The position numbers and the translations under genes are program-made. Below, one piece after another: positions 29,880-39,687 of a stretch of DNA of 64,000 bases (positions are counted from its first letter, which is position 1; each line of letters starts with the position of its first letter). The notes beneath the pieces were generated by a model. The model saw nothing but the letters and a program-made list of their open reading frames with translations, searched no databases and was not told the origin of the DNA. Origin of the DNA: Porticoccaceae bacterium (lineage in GTDB: Bacteria > Pseudomonadota > Gammaproteobacteria > Pseudomonadales > Porticoccaceae); assembly GCA_041655035.1 (NCBI GenBank), contig JBAZCN010000002.1, forward strand, positions 2,577-66,576, written 5' to 3'.

Positions 29880-32543
29880 TCAGATCATGGTGCGGCGCAG
29901 CTGCTCCACCTCCATCACCAGGGTGTCCATCGCCGCGCGGGTCTTGTCCTCGTCCTGTTCCTTTGCCGCGCTGTGCAGGGCGCGCACCGCCCTCTCCAGA
30001 TAAGTCATCTTGAACACGCCGGCGATCCCCAGCAGCTGGTGGATGCTCTCCCGCAGATTGTGCGGATCCCTGGCTTCGATGGCCTGCTGCGCGCTCTGGG
30101 TGAGCTTTGAAACCTCCTGGACAAACAGCCCGAGGTCGACGTTGAGCGGAGCCCGGGCCAGGTACTCGACATCGTTCGCCGGGTTTGCGGGAATTCGCAG
30201 GTGGCGCTGGAGAGCGGCGATCAGCTTGCTCTCGTCGAACGGCTTGAACAGCAGGTCGTTGGCGCCGGCATCGAACAGGGCGTTCTCCTCCTGCTGGAGG
30301 ATATCGGCGGTCAGCATCACGATGGGTGTGTCGCGATTGGGACCGTGGCCGGAGCGGATGGCTTTCACCGCGGTGATACCGTTCACTTCCGGCATATGCA
30401 CATCCATCAGAATCAGGTCGAACCGCTGCTGGTCGCAGATGGCGATGGCCTGCTGGCCGTTGGCGACGGTGGTGAGATCACTGCCCAGCTTGTCGAGGAA
30501 GGTCGACAGCAACAGGCGGGTGAATTCGTTGTCTTCGGCAATGAGGATGCTGGCGGGCAGGCTGGGCCCGGCGTCGGCGGCCTTGCCATCGTTGTCCTGG
30601 TTGGTTTCAGTGAATATCGCCGCCAGTTCCTTGATTGCCGGCGGCTTGTCGATGAACAACACCGGCGGGGAATCGCCGCTATCGCTGCCATGTACCGCGG
30701 CGGTGAAGTTGTTGAGAGGGGAAATGATCACGATCGGGCAGGAGAAGCGGTTTTTCAGGTACTCGATATGGTGGTCGAGAGTCCCCGGCGCCTGGCTGAC
30801 CGGCACGGAGTAGAGAATGATGTCCGGCGGCTGCACCCCGCCGCCGATTTCGAGATCGCTGGTGGTTTCGCAGGATTCGATATTGTCGACAAAGTTGGCC
30901 AGCAGCCGCTCGAGGGCCTGGCGGCTGTGGGGGTGGGGGTCGAACAGCAGCGCACAGGTGTAACGGGAGGGCGCATGGCTGTGGAACGAGGCGACCCGCA
31001 GCGGCAGTTCCACGGTAAAGGTGGAGCCTTTACCGGCCATGCTGTCGATGTGGACGTTGCCCTCCATCAAGATGACCAGGTTGCGCACGATGGTGAGCCC
31101 GAGGCCGGAGCCGCCGAAGCGGCGCGAGATGGAATTGTCCGCCTGAGAGAACGGCTCGAAAATCTGCAAACGCTGTTTTTCCGGGATGCCGATGCCGGTG
31201 TCGATCACCTGGATCAGCAGGGACACTTGCTCCCTGTTGTCGCGGCGGGCATTGACGCGCACGATGACCTCGCCGCTCGAGGTGAACTTGATGGCGTTCG
31301 ACACCAGGTTGTAGACGATCTGGCGGATGCGCAGATTGTCGCCGATCAGCGCCTGGGGCACGTCGGGGGCGACGTCGAGGATCAGCTCCAGCCCCTTCTG
31401 GTGGGCGGTCGGCGCCATCAGCGACAGGGGAATCTCGACGCAGTCCATGACATTGAAGGGCGCGGTCTCCAGGGCGATACCGCTCGACTGCAGGCGGGTG
31501 ATGTCGAGAATGTCGTCGATCAGCTGCAACAGCTGCAGCGAGGCTTGCTGGATGATTTCGCAATAGCGCTTCTCGCCGGGGTTGAGGTGTGATTCGCTGA
31601 GCAGCCGGACGAAACCCTGGATGGCGGTGATCGGCGTGCGCAATTCGTGGCTCATCTGGGCGAGAAAATCCGTTTTGGCCTGGTTGGCCGCCTCCGCTTC
31701 CTGGCGCGCGTTGTCCAGCTCCTGGTTCTTCTGCTGCAGGTCGTCGAGGATGTTCTGCAACTGGCGGGTGGCGTCGGCGACCTTGCGTTGGAGGTTTTCA
31801 CGGCTTTCCGCCACGGTCATCGCCAGGTGGTTGATACCCTGGGCGAGAATCGCCAGTTCGTCGTTGCTGGTGGGCACCAGCTGGGTGTAGAAATTGCCCT
31901 GCTCGAGCTCCCGCACGGTGCGGGTCATGGCAGTGATCGGCTGGACCACGGTATTGCTGAGGAAATAGGTGAGCAGTGCGGCGCCGCTCAATACTACCAG
32001 GCTGATCAGCAGGTGGGTGATGAGAATTTCCTTGGACAGAACTTCCATCGCCGACTTGTCGGCGCTGACCACCACCCAGCCGAGCAGATCGCTGTCGCTG
32101 GCGGCATTGCTGTCCTCGGCATGGTAGTCGCTGACGTTGGTGTTGGTGAGATGAACCGGCAGCTCAACCACCAGTACATCGCTGCCGGCACTACTGTAAT
32201 CGCCCCGCGCGTAGGCCTGGATGCTGTCCTGGGTCGGCGTATGAGTGGCAAACAGCAAGGTCCGGTCGTAGTCGAGAAAGACCACCGAGAGGATCGACGG
32301 AATCTTTTCCGCGGTGGTGGCCAGGGTGCGCAGCAAATCCTTGCGACCGGTGTAGAGCGCGAAATCCGAAATACTGGCCAGGTTCTCGGCGCTCAGGTGG
32401 GCGGTCTTGAACAGGTTTTCCTCGACTTCCGCGCGCCGGGTGTCGATGGTATGCCAGGTGATGATCGCGGTGACGATGACCACCGGGATGATGCTGAGTA
32501 AAAACAGCTTGGTGCGGATGCCTGTAGCCAGATAGGGCCTCAC
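29880..32543 (-). CDS. Hybrid sensor histidine kinase (periplasmic domain-HAMP-HisKA-HATPase-REC-Hpt)
   Basis: H-box SHELRTPITAI, G-boxes DTGIGIP and GGSGLGLTIV, REC ILIAEDNEF...LILMDVHMPE, C-terminal Hpt HQLLGIAGVF. GTG start overlaps the upstream stop (GTGA). Confidence 0.85.
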   Translation of the reverse strand: MRPYLATGIRTKLFLLSIIPVVIVTAIITWHTIDTRRAEVEENLFKTAHLSAENLASISDFALYTGRKDLLRTLATTAEKIPSILSVVFLDYDRTLLFATHTPTQDSIQAYARGDYSSAGSDVLVVELPVHLTNTNVSDYHAEDSNAASDSDLLGWVVVSADKSAMEVLSKEILITHLLISLVVLSGAALLTYFLSNTVVQPITAMTRTVRELEQGNFYTQLVPTSNDELAILAQGINHLAMTVAESRENLQRKVADATRQLQNILDDLQQKNQELDNARQEAEAANQAKTDFLAQMSHELRTPITAIQGFVRLLSESHLNPGEKRYCEIIQQASLQLLQLIDDILDITRLQSSGIALETAPFNVMDCVEIPLSLMAPTAHQKGLELILDVAPDVPQALIGDNLRIRQIVYNLVSNAIKFTSSGEVIVRVNARRDNREQVSLLIQVIDTGIGIPEKQRLQIFEPFSQADNSISRRFGGSGLGLTIVRNLVILMEGNVHIDSMAGKGSTFTVELPLRVASFHSHAPSRYTCALLFDPHPHSRQALERLLANFVDNIESCETTSDLEIGGGVQPPDIILYSVPVSQAPGTLDHHIEYLKNRFSCPIVIISPLNNFTAAVHGSDSGDSPPVLFIDKPPAIKELAAIFTETNQDNDGKAADAGPSLPASILIAEDNEFTRLLLSTFLDKLGSDLTTVANGQQAIAICDQQRFDLILMDVHMPEVNGITAVKAIRSGHGPNRDTPIVMLTADILQQEENALFDAGANDLLFKPFDESKLIAALQRHLRIPANPANDVEYLARAPLNVDLGLFVQEVSKLTQSAQQAIEARDPHNLRESIHQLLGIAGVFKMTYLERAVRALHSAAKEQDEDKTRAAMDTLVMEVEQLRRTMI

Positions 32544-33535
32544 GGTCGCTCGTCTTTGTCGATGCGCTCGACAAGTTGTTGGTAAATGGCTTCCTCATGG
32601 GGAATCGCGATGCCCAGGGCCCGCGCCACGGAAGGGTTGATTTCGACAGTGAAATACCGCGGCCGGAATTCCCGCCACAGGTTCTCATCGTCGTCGCGAA
32701 AGTAGTCAGCGACCCATTCACCGCCTTGCCTGCCGATATTCTCGGGCGACGAGAACAGTGATGCCAGCGCTCCCGCCTGGGTATACGAACGGGAAAAACC
32801 GACCAGGGGAATCTTGTATTTGAAGCCGAGGTACAGCGCCCAGCGGGCGACGGTGCGGTTGAACAACCCCTGGTCAGGCAGCGCGACAAAGATATCGGCG
32901 TTGTTGAACAGCGGGGTCAGGGTCGCCACCGGGTTGGCGTCGATGTTCATGGTGCGGCTGATCAGTTGCAGGCCCTGATGCTGTGCCTGGGCGGCGAAGG
33001 CTTGCCGCTGCCGTTTCGATGCCGGGCCAAAGACGGTGGCCAGGGTCTCGCTTTGCGGTTTGAGCAGAGTGGCGAGATAAATGAAGCGATCGAGAGGCTG
33101 ATTGATGAAGATCACCGCCCTGCGGCCGGTATGGCGATGGGGCCGGGCCATCAGGTTGCGCCACGCGGATTCGGTGACGAACAGGCTGAGCAGCGGCGAC
33201 TCGGGGAACTCGGCCAACACTTTGGCGGTTGCCTCGGTGCCGATGGCGACCACCAGCCGGTCGGCCGGAACCTCTTCGCGGGCGAGCTGGTCCGCCTTCA
33301 GCAGGCGCACATCGACCCGGCTCTGTCCGGCTGCGAGGGTGTTGCGAAAGGCATCGGCGACCTCGAGGTAGTAGTCGGTGTTGCCCGACAGGACGACGGT
33401 GAGGTCGCTGTCGGCCAGGGCCGGCCAGGGATACAGGCCGATACAGAGAGCGAGCCAGCAGAAGGTTTTCTTCAGCCGGGCGGGAAGCAAAAAAACAGCT
33501 TTGTGGTCGACAGCCTTCCTGCTGGCCCGGTTCAT
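32540..33535 (-). CDS. Periplasmic ABC-substrate-binding-like protein (PF04392-like), probable kinase partner
   Basis: Signal peptide. KIPLVGFSRSYTQAGALASLFSSPENIGRQGGEWV resembles the SBP at 49271. Translationally coupled to the kinase gene. Confidence 0.65.
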   Translation of the reverse strand: MNRASRKAVDHKAVFLLPARLKKTFCWLALCIGLYPWPALADSDLTVVLSGNTDYYLEVADAFRNTLAAGQSRVDVRLLKADQLAREEVPADRLVVAIGTEATAKVLAEFPESPLLSLFVTESAWRNLMARPHRHTGRRAVIFINQPLDRFIYLATLLKPQSETLATVFGPASKRQRQAFAAQAQHQGLQLISRTMNIDANPVATLTPLFNNADIFVALPDQGLFNRTVARWALYLGFKYKIPLVGFSRSYTQAGALASLFSSPENIGRQGGEWVADYFRDDDENLWREFRPRYFTVEINPSVARALGIAIPHEEAIYQQLVERIDKDERP

Positions 33536-33581
33536 TTCATGGGGTCCTTAGCTGCTAAGCAATCCTTTTGGGTTGACTGCA

Positions 33582-35714
33582 TCAGGGCAGGGTTACCTCT
33601 ACAGAGAGAAAAACCCGGGTTTCAAACAGATTATGAGTATCGAATTCAGCATAATTGCTACCCAGGTTCTGCGCCACCAATTTCAGGGCGCCGGTGCTCG
33701 AGCCGAGGGCAAACCGGTAGGCCAGCTGGGCATCGACCCGGGTAAAGCTGTCGATCATGTCGCCGTCATCCCAGCGCAGTCCGGACTGGTAGTAGGTGAA
33801 TACGGATGCTGACCAGGCGTCCGTCAGGCGCTGACCGACCAGCAGGCCGGCATTGTGGCGGGCCATCCGGTTGTCCCTGTCCATGAACACCGGCACCGGA
33901 AGGCGCTGGCGCAGCATGCGGCTGTCCATGTCGGTGTTGGTGTAGTGGAAGCGGACGAAGGTGCTGTCGGTCACCTGGGCGTCGAGTTGCAGCTCCGCCC
34001 CGGTGAATCGCCAGTAGCCGTTGTTTTCAAACCGTCGCAGATAGTTGTCGAAGAGCGATGTCGGCGGTTCATTGGGCTCGCGCAGGTCGTCGATCACATC
34101 GCTGACGCGCTCGTCGAACAAGCGCAGGTCGAAATTGAAATCCGCATCGGCACTGCGAAACAGATAAGCCGCTTCAAAGCTCTCCAGCCGCTCTTCGTGG
34201 AGATTGGGGTCGGACAGCCGCAGAATAGCGAACACCAGGCCGTTGACGGTGGCGATACTCTCTTCGTTGGCCTCGAGAAGCGAGGGGGCGCGGTTGCCCT
34301 TGGCATAGCCAAAGCGCAGAAAGTTGCGTTGATCGATGGCGATATTGGCGGATCCGCGAGGCGAGATCAGGGTGCCGACGAAGGTGTCCTCGACCATCAC
34401 TCCGCCGTTGAACGTCAACCACCGGTTGGCCTGCCATTCGCTGTGGGCAAACAGGCGCAGGTAGAGTTCATCCACTTCGGCATTGAAGCCAAAAGGATGG
34501 GCGGCCTTGAAACGTTCGTAGCGCGAACCGATGCCCCAGGCGCCGCGCAGCGAGGGCGACAGGGAGAAGTGATGCTTGATCTCGGCGTCGTAGCGCTCCG
34601 ACATGAGGTTGCCAAAGCCGCTGGATACCTCGACATCGAGGGCGCCGATCAGTTTCAGGGCATTGGCGTCGTCGAGGCCGGTCATCCCGGTCACCAGGTC
34701 GATGATCGGCTGAGGCGGGGGCTGGACGGCGGTGAGGAGGTCGGCGGTGGCGCGGTCCAGCCCGAGCAGGGGATAGAGGGGGCCGTGGGGGACGAAGTTG
34801 CGGGCCTTGAAACGGTTGTGGTAGAGATTCACTTCCAGTTCATTGCCGGAATCCAGGCTGCGGGTCCAGCGGCCCGCCTGGAAATGGCTGGAAAACTGCC
34901 CTTCGGAAAACTGCGATGCGCTACTTTCATCCCAGGCGACGCGGTCCTCGGCATAGCCCAGCCGCAATTCCACGGTGTCCCGCAAGGTCGGGGTATAGAT
35001 GGTGCTGAGGTTGCCGTGGAACAGTTCACGGTTATCGTTGAGGCGCCCCTCGGTGCCCCCGGTGGGAAAGCCGTGGTTGTGCTGATAACCCAGCGAGACC
35101 CGGTAGTCCATGGCGCCGAGGCTGTCGTTGTAGCGCAGGCTGGCGTTGCGGGTGCCGAGGTCGCCGACGGTGCTGCGCAGCGACAGGCCGCTGTCCTGTA
35201 CCGGTTTGCGGGTGACGATGTTCACCGATCCCATGAACGCGTTGGAGCCCTGGGCCGCGGCGTTGGAGCCGCGGATGATTTCAATGCGCTCGATGTCGGC
35301 AAGCTCGATGCCGAGGGTACCCCAGTTCACCGTGGAAAAAATCGATTCGTACACCGAACGGCCATCCACCATCACTTCCATCTGGTTGGGGAATTCGCGA
35401 CCGATGCCGTGGTAGCTGATGCCGTAGCGATTGTTGCTCACATGGTAGGACTGGAAGCCGGGCACCAGGCGGAAGATATCGACAAAGTTCTGGGCCCCCG
35501 ACATATCGATAAGCTGGCGGCTGATCAGGGTGACGCTGGCGGGCGCCTGCTCGAGGCGTTGCTCGAACCCGGATACCGCGCTGACCCGCGGAATGTCGGC
35601 CAGCAGGTCGTTCTCGGTGGACATCGGCTCGGCGGCGAACGCGGGCCCGGCGAGCACCGCCAGCCAGGCGGCTGCACCGCGTGTCGTTTGTGCTGTCAAA
35701 CGCCGTGACGGCAT
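33582..35714 (-). CDS. TonB-dependent receptor
   Basis: ATG 35714 and signal peptide AAWLAVLAGPAFA. Plug motifs VTLISRQLIDMSGAQNFVDIFRLVPG and IEIIRGSNAAAQGSNAFMGSVNIVT. The rest of the 942-aa track ORF is antisense to pdxH. Confidence 0.85.
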   Translation of the reverse strand: MPSRRLTAQTTRGAAAWLAVLAGPAFAAEPMSTENDLLADIPRVSAVSGFEQRLEQAPASVTLISRQLIDMSGAQNFVDIFRLVPGFQSYHVSNNRYGISYHGIGREFPNQMEVMVDGRSVYESIFSTVNWGTLGIELADIERIEIIRGSNAAAQGSNAFMGSVNIVTRKPVQDSGLSLRSTVGDLGTRNASLRYNDSLGAMDYRVSLGYQHNHGFPTGGTEGRLNDNRELFHGNLSTIYTPTLRDTVELRLGYAEDRVAWDESSASQFSEGQFSSHFQAGRWTRSLDSGNELEVNLYHNRFKARNFVPHGPLYPLLGLDRATADLLTAVQPPPQPIIDLVTGMTGLDDANALKLIGALDVEVSSGFGNLMSERYDAEIKHHFSLSPSLRGAWGIGSRYERFKAAHPFGFNAEVDELYLRLFAHSEWQANRWLTFNGGVMVEDTFVGTLISPRGSANIAIDQRNFLRFGYAKGNRAPSLLEANEESIATVNGLVFAILRLSDPNLHEERLESFEAAYLFRSADADFNFDLRLFDERVSDVIDDLREPNEPPTSLFDNYLRRFENNGYWRFTGAELQLDAQVTDSTFVRFHYTNTDMDSRMLRQRLPVPVFMDRDNRMARHNAGLLVGQRLTDAWSASVFTYYQSGLRWDDGDMIDSFTRVDAQLAYRFALGSSTGALKLVAQNLGSNYAEFDTHNLFETRVFLSVEVTLP

Positions 35715-35831
35715 GGAGGAGTTCCTGTGGACATTGCGCAACAGGCGACATTCTAGCGTTTGGCGTTGATAAAACCAGCTATGATTCCCGCTCAAAACCG
35801 CCTTGTCGCCGCTGACCACCGGAGAACCACC

Positions 35832-36473
35832 ATGAGCCTCGAAGACCTGCGCCGGGAATACCGCTACGGCCGTTTGACCCGGGAAACCCTGCGCGATAGC
35901 CCGATCGATCAGTTCCGCCACTGGCTCGAGCAGGCGGTGGTGTCCGGTGCCGTGGTCGACCCCACGGCCATGTGTGTGGCCACGGTGGATGGCGAAGGCC
36001 GGCCCTGGCAGCGGCTGGTGCTGCTCAAGCATGTCGACGAGCGCGGCCTGGTGTTCTATACCAACCTGGGCAGCCGCAAGGCCCGGCATATTGCCGCCAA
36101 TCCCCGGGTCAGCCTGCATTTTCCCTGGAATGCGATGGATCGCCAGGTCATCGTCGGCGGTGTAGCCCGGCGGCTCGGCGCGGCCGACGTGCTCAGCTAT
36201 TTCATCAGCCGGCCCCGCGACAGCCAGTTGGCGGCCTGGTCGTCGCGGCAGAGCAGCCGGATCAATTCGCGCCAGGCCCTGGAGGCGCAGTTCGCGCAGA
36301 TGCGCGACAAGTTCCGCGACGGCGAAGTTCCGCTGCCGGATTTCTGGGGCGGTTTCCGGGTGGAGGCGGACGAATTCGAGTTCTGGCAGGGGGGAGAACA
36401 CCGTCTCCACGACCGTTTCCAGTATTTGCGGCTGGAGAGCGGCGGATGGGAGATCGCGCGGTTGGCGCCTTGA
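35832..36473 (+). CDS. pdxH: Pyridoxamine 5'-phosphate oxidase
   Basis: [38 protein letters not shown] and WGGFRV. Confidence 0.9.
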   Translation: MSLEDLRREYRYGRLTRETLRDSPIDQFRHWLEQAVVSGAVVDPTAMCVATVDGEGRPWQRLVLLKHVDERGLVFYTNLGSRKARHIAANPRVSLHFPWNAMDRQVIVGGVARRLGAADVLSYFISRPRDSQLAAWSSRQSSRINSRQALEAQFAQMRDKFRDGEVPLPDFWGGFRVEADEFEFWQGGEHRLHDRFQYLRLESGGWEIARLAP

Positions 36474-36542
36474 GTTTCAGGTTTCGCCCGACAGCGGGCG
36501 GTACCGACCGGCGGCACCGGGCTTTTCGGTGAAACCCGAAGC

Positions 36543-37538
36543 TCAGGAGGTAAACAACTTCGCCCGCACCGTTTCCCGGTACTTTCCCGGTGTGGTCTGG
36601 AAGAACTGGCGGAACTGGCGGGTGAAATAGCTCACTTCCTGGTAGCCGCACAGGGTGCAGATCTCCTGCAGGCTGAGATTGGTCTGCTGAAGCAGGTCGC
36701 GGGCGCAGCTGAGGCGCAATTCCTGCAGATAGTCCACCGGCGTCTTGCCCAGTGCCGCCTTGAAGCGGCGGTTGAAGGTGCGGGTGCTCATGCCGAACTG
36801 GGCGGCCAGCTGGGGAGTGCTGACCCGCTTGGCGAAATTGTCCTGGAGCCAGATCTTGGCCTGGAGGATATCTTCGTCGTAGTGAAATTCGACGTGTTCG
36901 GCAAAGTATCGGCTGGGCTCGAAGGTGCCGCGGATCTCGTGGAAGAAGTTGCGCTCGACATTGTTGGCCACGGCGCGGCCGAACCACAGAAAGATGATAT
37001 GCACCATCAGTTCAGCCAGGGTGTTGACGCTGGCGGCGCAATACAGGTTCCCCGCCTGGGTGATGAAATACTGGCGCTTGAGCTGGACCTGGGGGTAATC
37101 CTTCTGGAACTGGTCGAAGTAATGCCAGTGGGTGGTGGCGGGCTTGCCGTTGAGCAACCCCGCTGCGGCGACGAAACAGACGCCGGTACCCACCGAGGTG
37201 ATCGCCGCCCCGCCCTGGTGCTGGGCTTTGAGCCAGTCCGCGTGCGTGGGATTGTGGGCGATGGCGCGGCGCGGGTTGCGCCACTGCCCCGGGACATGGA
37301 CCAGATCGAGCTGGGGCGCGTCCTCCAGCGCGGTGGTGGTGGCGAGAGTGAAGCCGGATGCCGAGCGGGTCGGCACCGCGCCGCTGCTGATGGTGAGGAT
37401 CTCGAGGCGCTGGGTGGCCAGATGGAGACCGCGCGCCGTGGCTTCCGCGGTATAGAGCATCTCGATGGGCAGGGTGGCGCTGGTGGCCAGTACGTTGTCG
37501 CACAGCAGGATGCCGACGCGGCGGCTGGGTGGATCCAT
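36543..37538 (-). CDS. GlxA-family AraC transcriptional regulator (DJ-1/PfpI-like N-domain)
   Basis: N-terminal amidotransferase-like fold and C-terminal AraC HTH (YQEVSYFTRQFRQFFQTTPGKYR). Divergent from the fabY-like gene. Confidence 0.8.
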   Translation of the reverse strand: MDPPSRRVGILLCDNVLATSATLPIEMLYTAEATARGLHLATQRLEILTISSGAVPTRSASGFTLATTTALEDAPQLDLVHVPGQWRNPRRAIAHNPTHADWLKAQHQGGAAITSVGTGVCFVAAAGLLNGKPATTHWHYFDQFQKDYPQVQLKRQYFITQAGNLYCAASVNTLAELMVHIIFLWFGRAVANNVERNFFHEIRGTFEPSRYFAEHVEFHYDEDILQAKIWLQDNFAKRVSTPQLAAQFGMSTRTFNRRFKAALGKTPVDYLQELRLSCARDLLQQTNLSLQEICTLCGYQEVSYFTRQFRQFFQTTPGKYRETVRAKLFTS

Positions 37539-37662
37539 GGTAATCCCCGATGGGCCGAAGCTTGTGTCTTAATAGTTAAACTATATGGCCGAAAAAGCCA
37601 TTAAGCAAATACCCGGCCCTGCCTACACTGTGTCATCGCTAGCACAGTTATGGGGCAAGAGG

Positions 37663-39516
37663 ATGACAGCATTACCGGTGATCGTCAGCTATGGCGGCGT
37701 CAATGCCGCTGGCCGCAGCTCCTTCGACCAATCCTACCGGCGCATGGTGCTGGAAAGCCTGGGTGAGGCCGACCGCAAGCGCACCATCGCCGGGCTCGCC
37801 GCACTGATGGGGCTCGATGCCGCCAACTGGACTCCGGCACTGGAACAGGCGGTGATCGCCGGCACCCTGATCCGCCGCATCGAGGACCGGGTCTTCGATC
37901 CCGACCGGGCGCCCTGGAACCAGAGCATGAAGGTGGTCGGCGGCGAGGGCGGCGACCTCAGCTTCGAGCTCAGTCGTCGCAACCTGCCCGAACAGGTGCC
38001 CGCCAACTGGCAGGTGGCGGACCTCGGCGCCGGCCGGGTTGCGGTTGCGGTGCGCGGCGAGCAGCAGATGCTGGTGCCCGATACCAAGGATTTCCCGGTC
38101 AAGGCCGCTGGCCAGTTGCCGAGCGGCTTCGACCCCGGCGCCGGCTATGCCTCGCGCTCCCATCCCCGGGGCCTGCAAATGGCTGTGACGGGGGCGTCAG
38201 ATGCCATCAATGCGCTCGGTATCGACTGGCAGCGGGTCTGTCTGCGGGTCCGCCCCGACGAAATCGGCATGTATGCGGCCAGCTGCCTCGGCCAGCTCGA
38301 CGACGACGGCTGGGGCGGCGTGCTCAAGTCCCGTTGGGCGGGCAGCCGGCCCACGTCCAAGCAGTTGCCCCTGGCCCTCAACAGCATGCCGGCGGATTTC
38401 ATCAACGCGTATGTGCTCGGCAGCGTCGGCCACACCGAGGCCATTGCCGGCGCCTGCGCCAGCTTTCTCTACAATCTCCAGGCGGCGGTGCGCGACATCA
38501 CCGCCGGCAAGCGCCGGGTGGCTATCGTCGGCGGCAGCGAGGCGCCAGTGACTCTGGAGTGTATCGAGGGCTTCATGAACATGAGCGCCCTGGCCACCGA
38601 GCAGGCGATGGCCAGGATCGACGGGGTGGAAATGGCGGACCCGCGGCGTTACAGCCGGCCGTTCTGCGATAACGCCGGCTTCGTGATCGGCGAGTCCAGC
38701 CAGTACCTGATCCTCATGGACGACGCTCTTGCCGTCGAGCTCGGTGCCGAGATCCACGGCGCGGTGCCGGGGGTGTTCATCGACGCCGACGGCGTCAAGA
38801 AATCCATTTCGAGTCCCGGACCCGGCAACTACATCACCGTCGCCAAGGCGGCGGGCCTGGTGCGCTCGGTGCTCGGCGAGGACGCCATCCGCCGCCGCAG
38901 CATGATGATGGCCCACGGCTCCAGCACGCCCCAGAACCGGGTCACCGAGTCGTTGATCTTCGACCGGGTGGCCGCCGCGTTCGGTATCGACAACTGGCCG
39001 GTGTGCGCGGTCAAGGCCTATGTCGGCCATTCCATTGCCACCGCCAGCGGCGACCAGATCGTCGCCGCGATCGGTACCATGCGCCATGGCATCATGCCCG
39101 GGGTCAAGACCGGCGGGGCCATTGCCGACGATGTTCATCGCCGCCATCTCGACATTCCGCTGGCGGATCTCGAGCTCGGGGCCGGCGTTTTGGACGCGGC
39201 GCTGATCAACGCCAAGGGCTTTGGCGGCAATAATGCCACGGGTGTGCTATTGTCCTCCGCTCGCGCCGAAGCGATGCTCGCCAAGCGCCACGGCCGGCAA
39301 TGGCTGGAATACCAGAAGCTGCGCGAGCAGACCCGGGAGCAGGCCGCCGGTTATGCCGAGGCGGCCGAGCGCGGCAGCCTGCGCGCCATCTATCGCTTTG
39401 GCGACGGGATGATCGAAGACGAGGCCCTCGACATCACTGCGACCCGCATCCGGGTGCCCGGATACGGCCAGGCGATCCCCCTGGATGAACCCAATCCCTA
39501 CGGCGATATGAGCTGA
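37663..39516 (+). CDS. fabY: FabY-like beta-ketoacyl-ACP synthase
   Basis: ATG 37663 follows GGGGCAAGAGG. N-terminus MTALPVIVSYGGVNAAGRSSFDQSYRRMVLESL closely resembles my recollection of P. aeruginosa FabY. KAS fold with AIAGACASF active-site Cys and two His contexts (MMAHGSSTP, YVGHS). Confidence 0.75.
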   Translation: MTALPVIVSYGGVNAAGRSSFDQSYRRMVLESLGEADRKRTIAGLAALMGLDAANWTPALEQAVIAGTLIRRIEDRVFDPDRAPWNQSMKVVGGEGGDLSFELSRRNLPEQVPANWQVADLGAGRVAVAVRGEQQMLVPDTKDFPVKAAGQLPSGFDPGAGYASRSHPRGLQMAVTGASDAINALGIDWQRVCLRVRPDEIGMYAASCLGQLDDDGWGGVLKSRWAGSRPTSKQLPLALNSMPADFINAYVLGSVGHTEAIAGACASFLYNLQAAVRDITAGKRRVAIVGGSEAPVTLECIEGFMNMSALATEQAMARIDGVEMADPRRYSRPFCDNAGFVIGESSQYLILMDDALAVELGAEIHGAVPGVFIDADGVKKSISSPGPGNYITVAKAAGLVRSVLGEDAIRRRSMMMAHGSSTPQNRVTESLIFDRVAAAFGIDNWPVCAVKAYVGHSIATASGDQIVAAIGTMRHGIMPGVKTGGAIADDVHRRHLDIPLADLELGAGVLDAALINAKGFGGNNATGVLLSSARAEAMLAKRHGRQWLEYQKLREQTREQAAGYAEAAERGSLRAIYRFGDGMIEDEALDITATRIRVPGYGQAIPLDEPNPYGDMS

Positions 39517-39687
39517 CCGCCGGACCCCTCGCCGGCGGTGGGCGGACCTGGCTAAAAAATCGCCAGGGAACTGTCATAATATCTTCCATCTAAAAGTGTA
39601 AATAGGGACAATAGCGCCCCTTTTCCGGGCCGGGCAATTTTTTGTCCGGCCCGCTGCCATTTAACCCCACGGCCGGAGGATTCTCTG

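Noticed and set aside
33582-36410. 942-aa track ORF fusing the TonB-dependent receptor to 230 upstream residues. The same issue affects the 463-aa ORF at 2397-3788.
   Set aside because: The upstream parts are antisense or out-of-frame to well-supported genes (pdxH, ctaB). The signal peptides begin at the internal ATGs 35714 and 3144.
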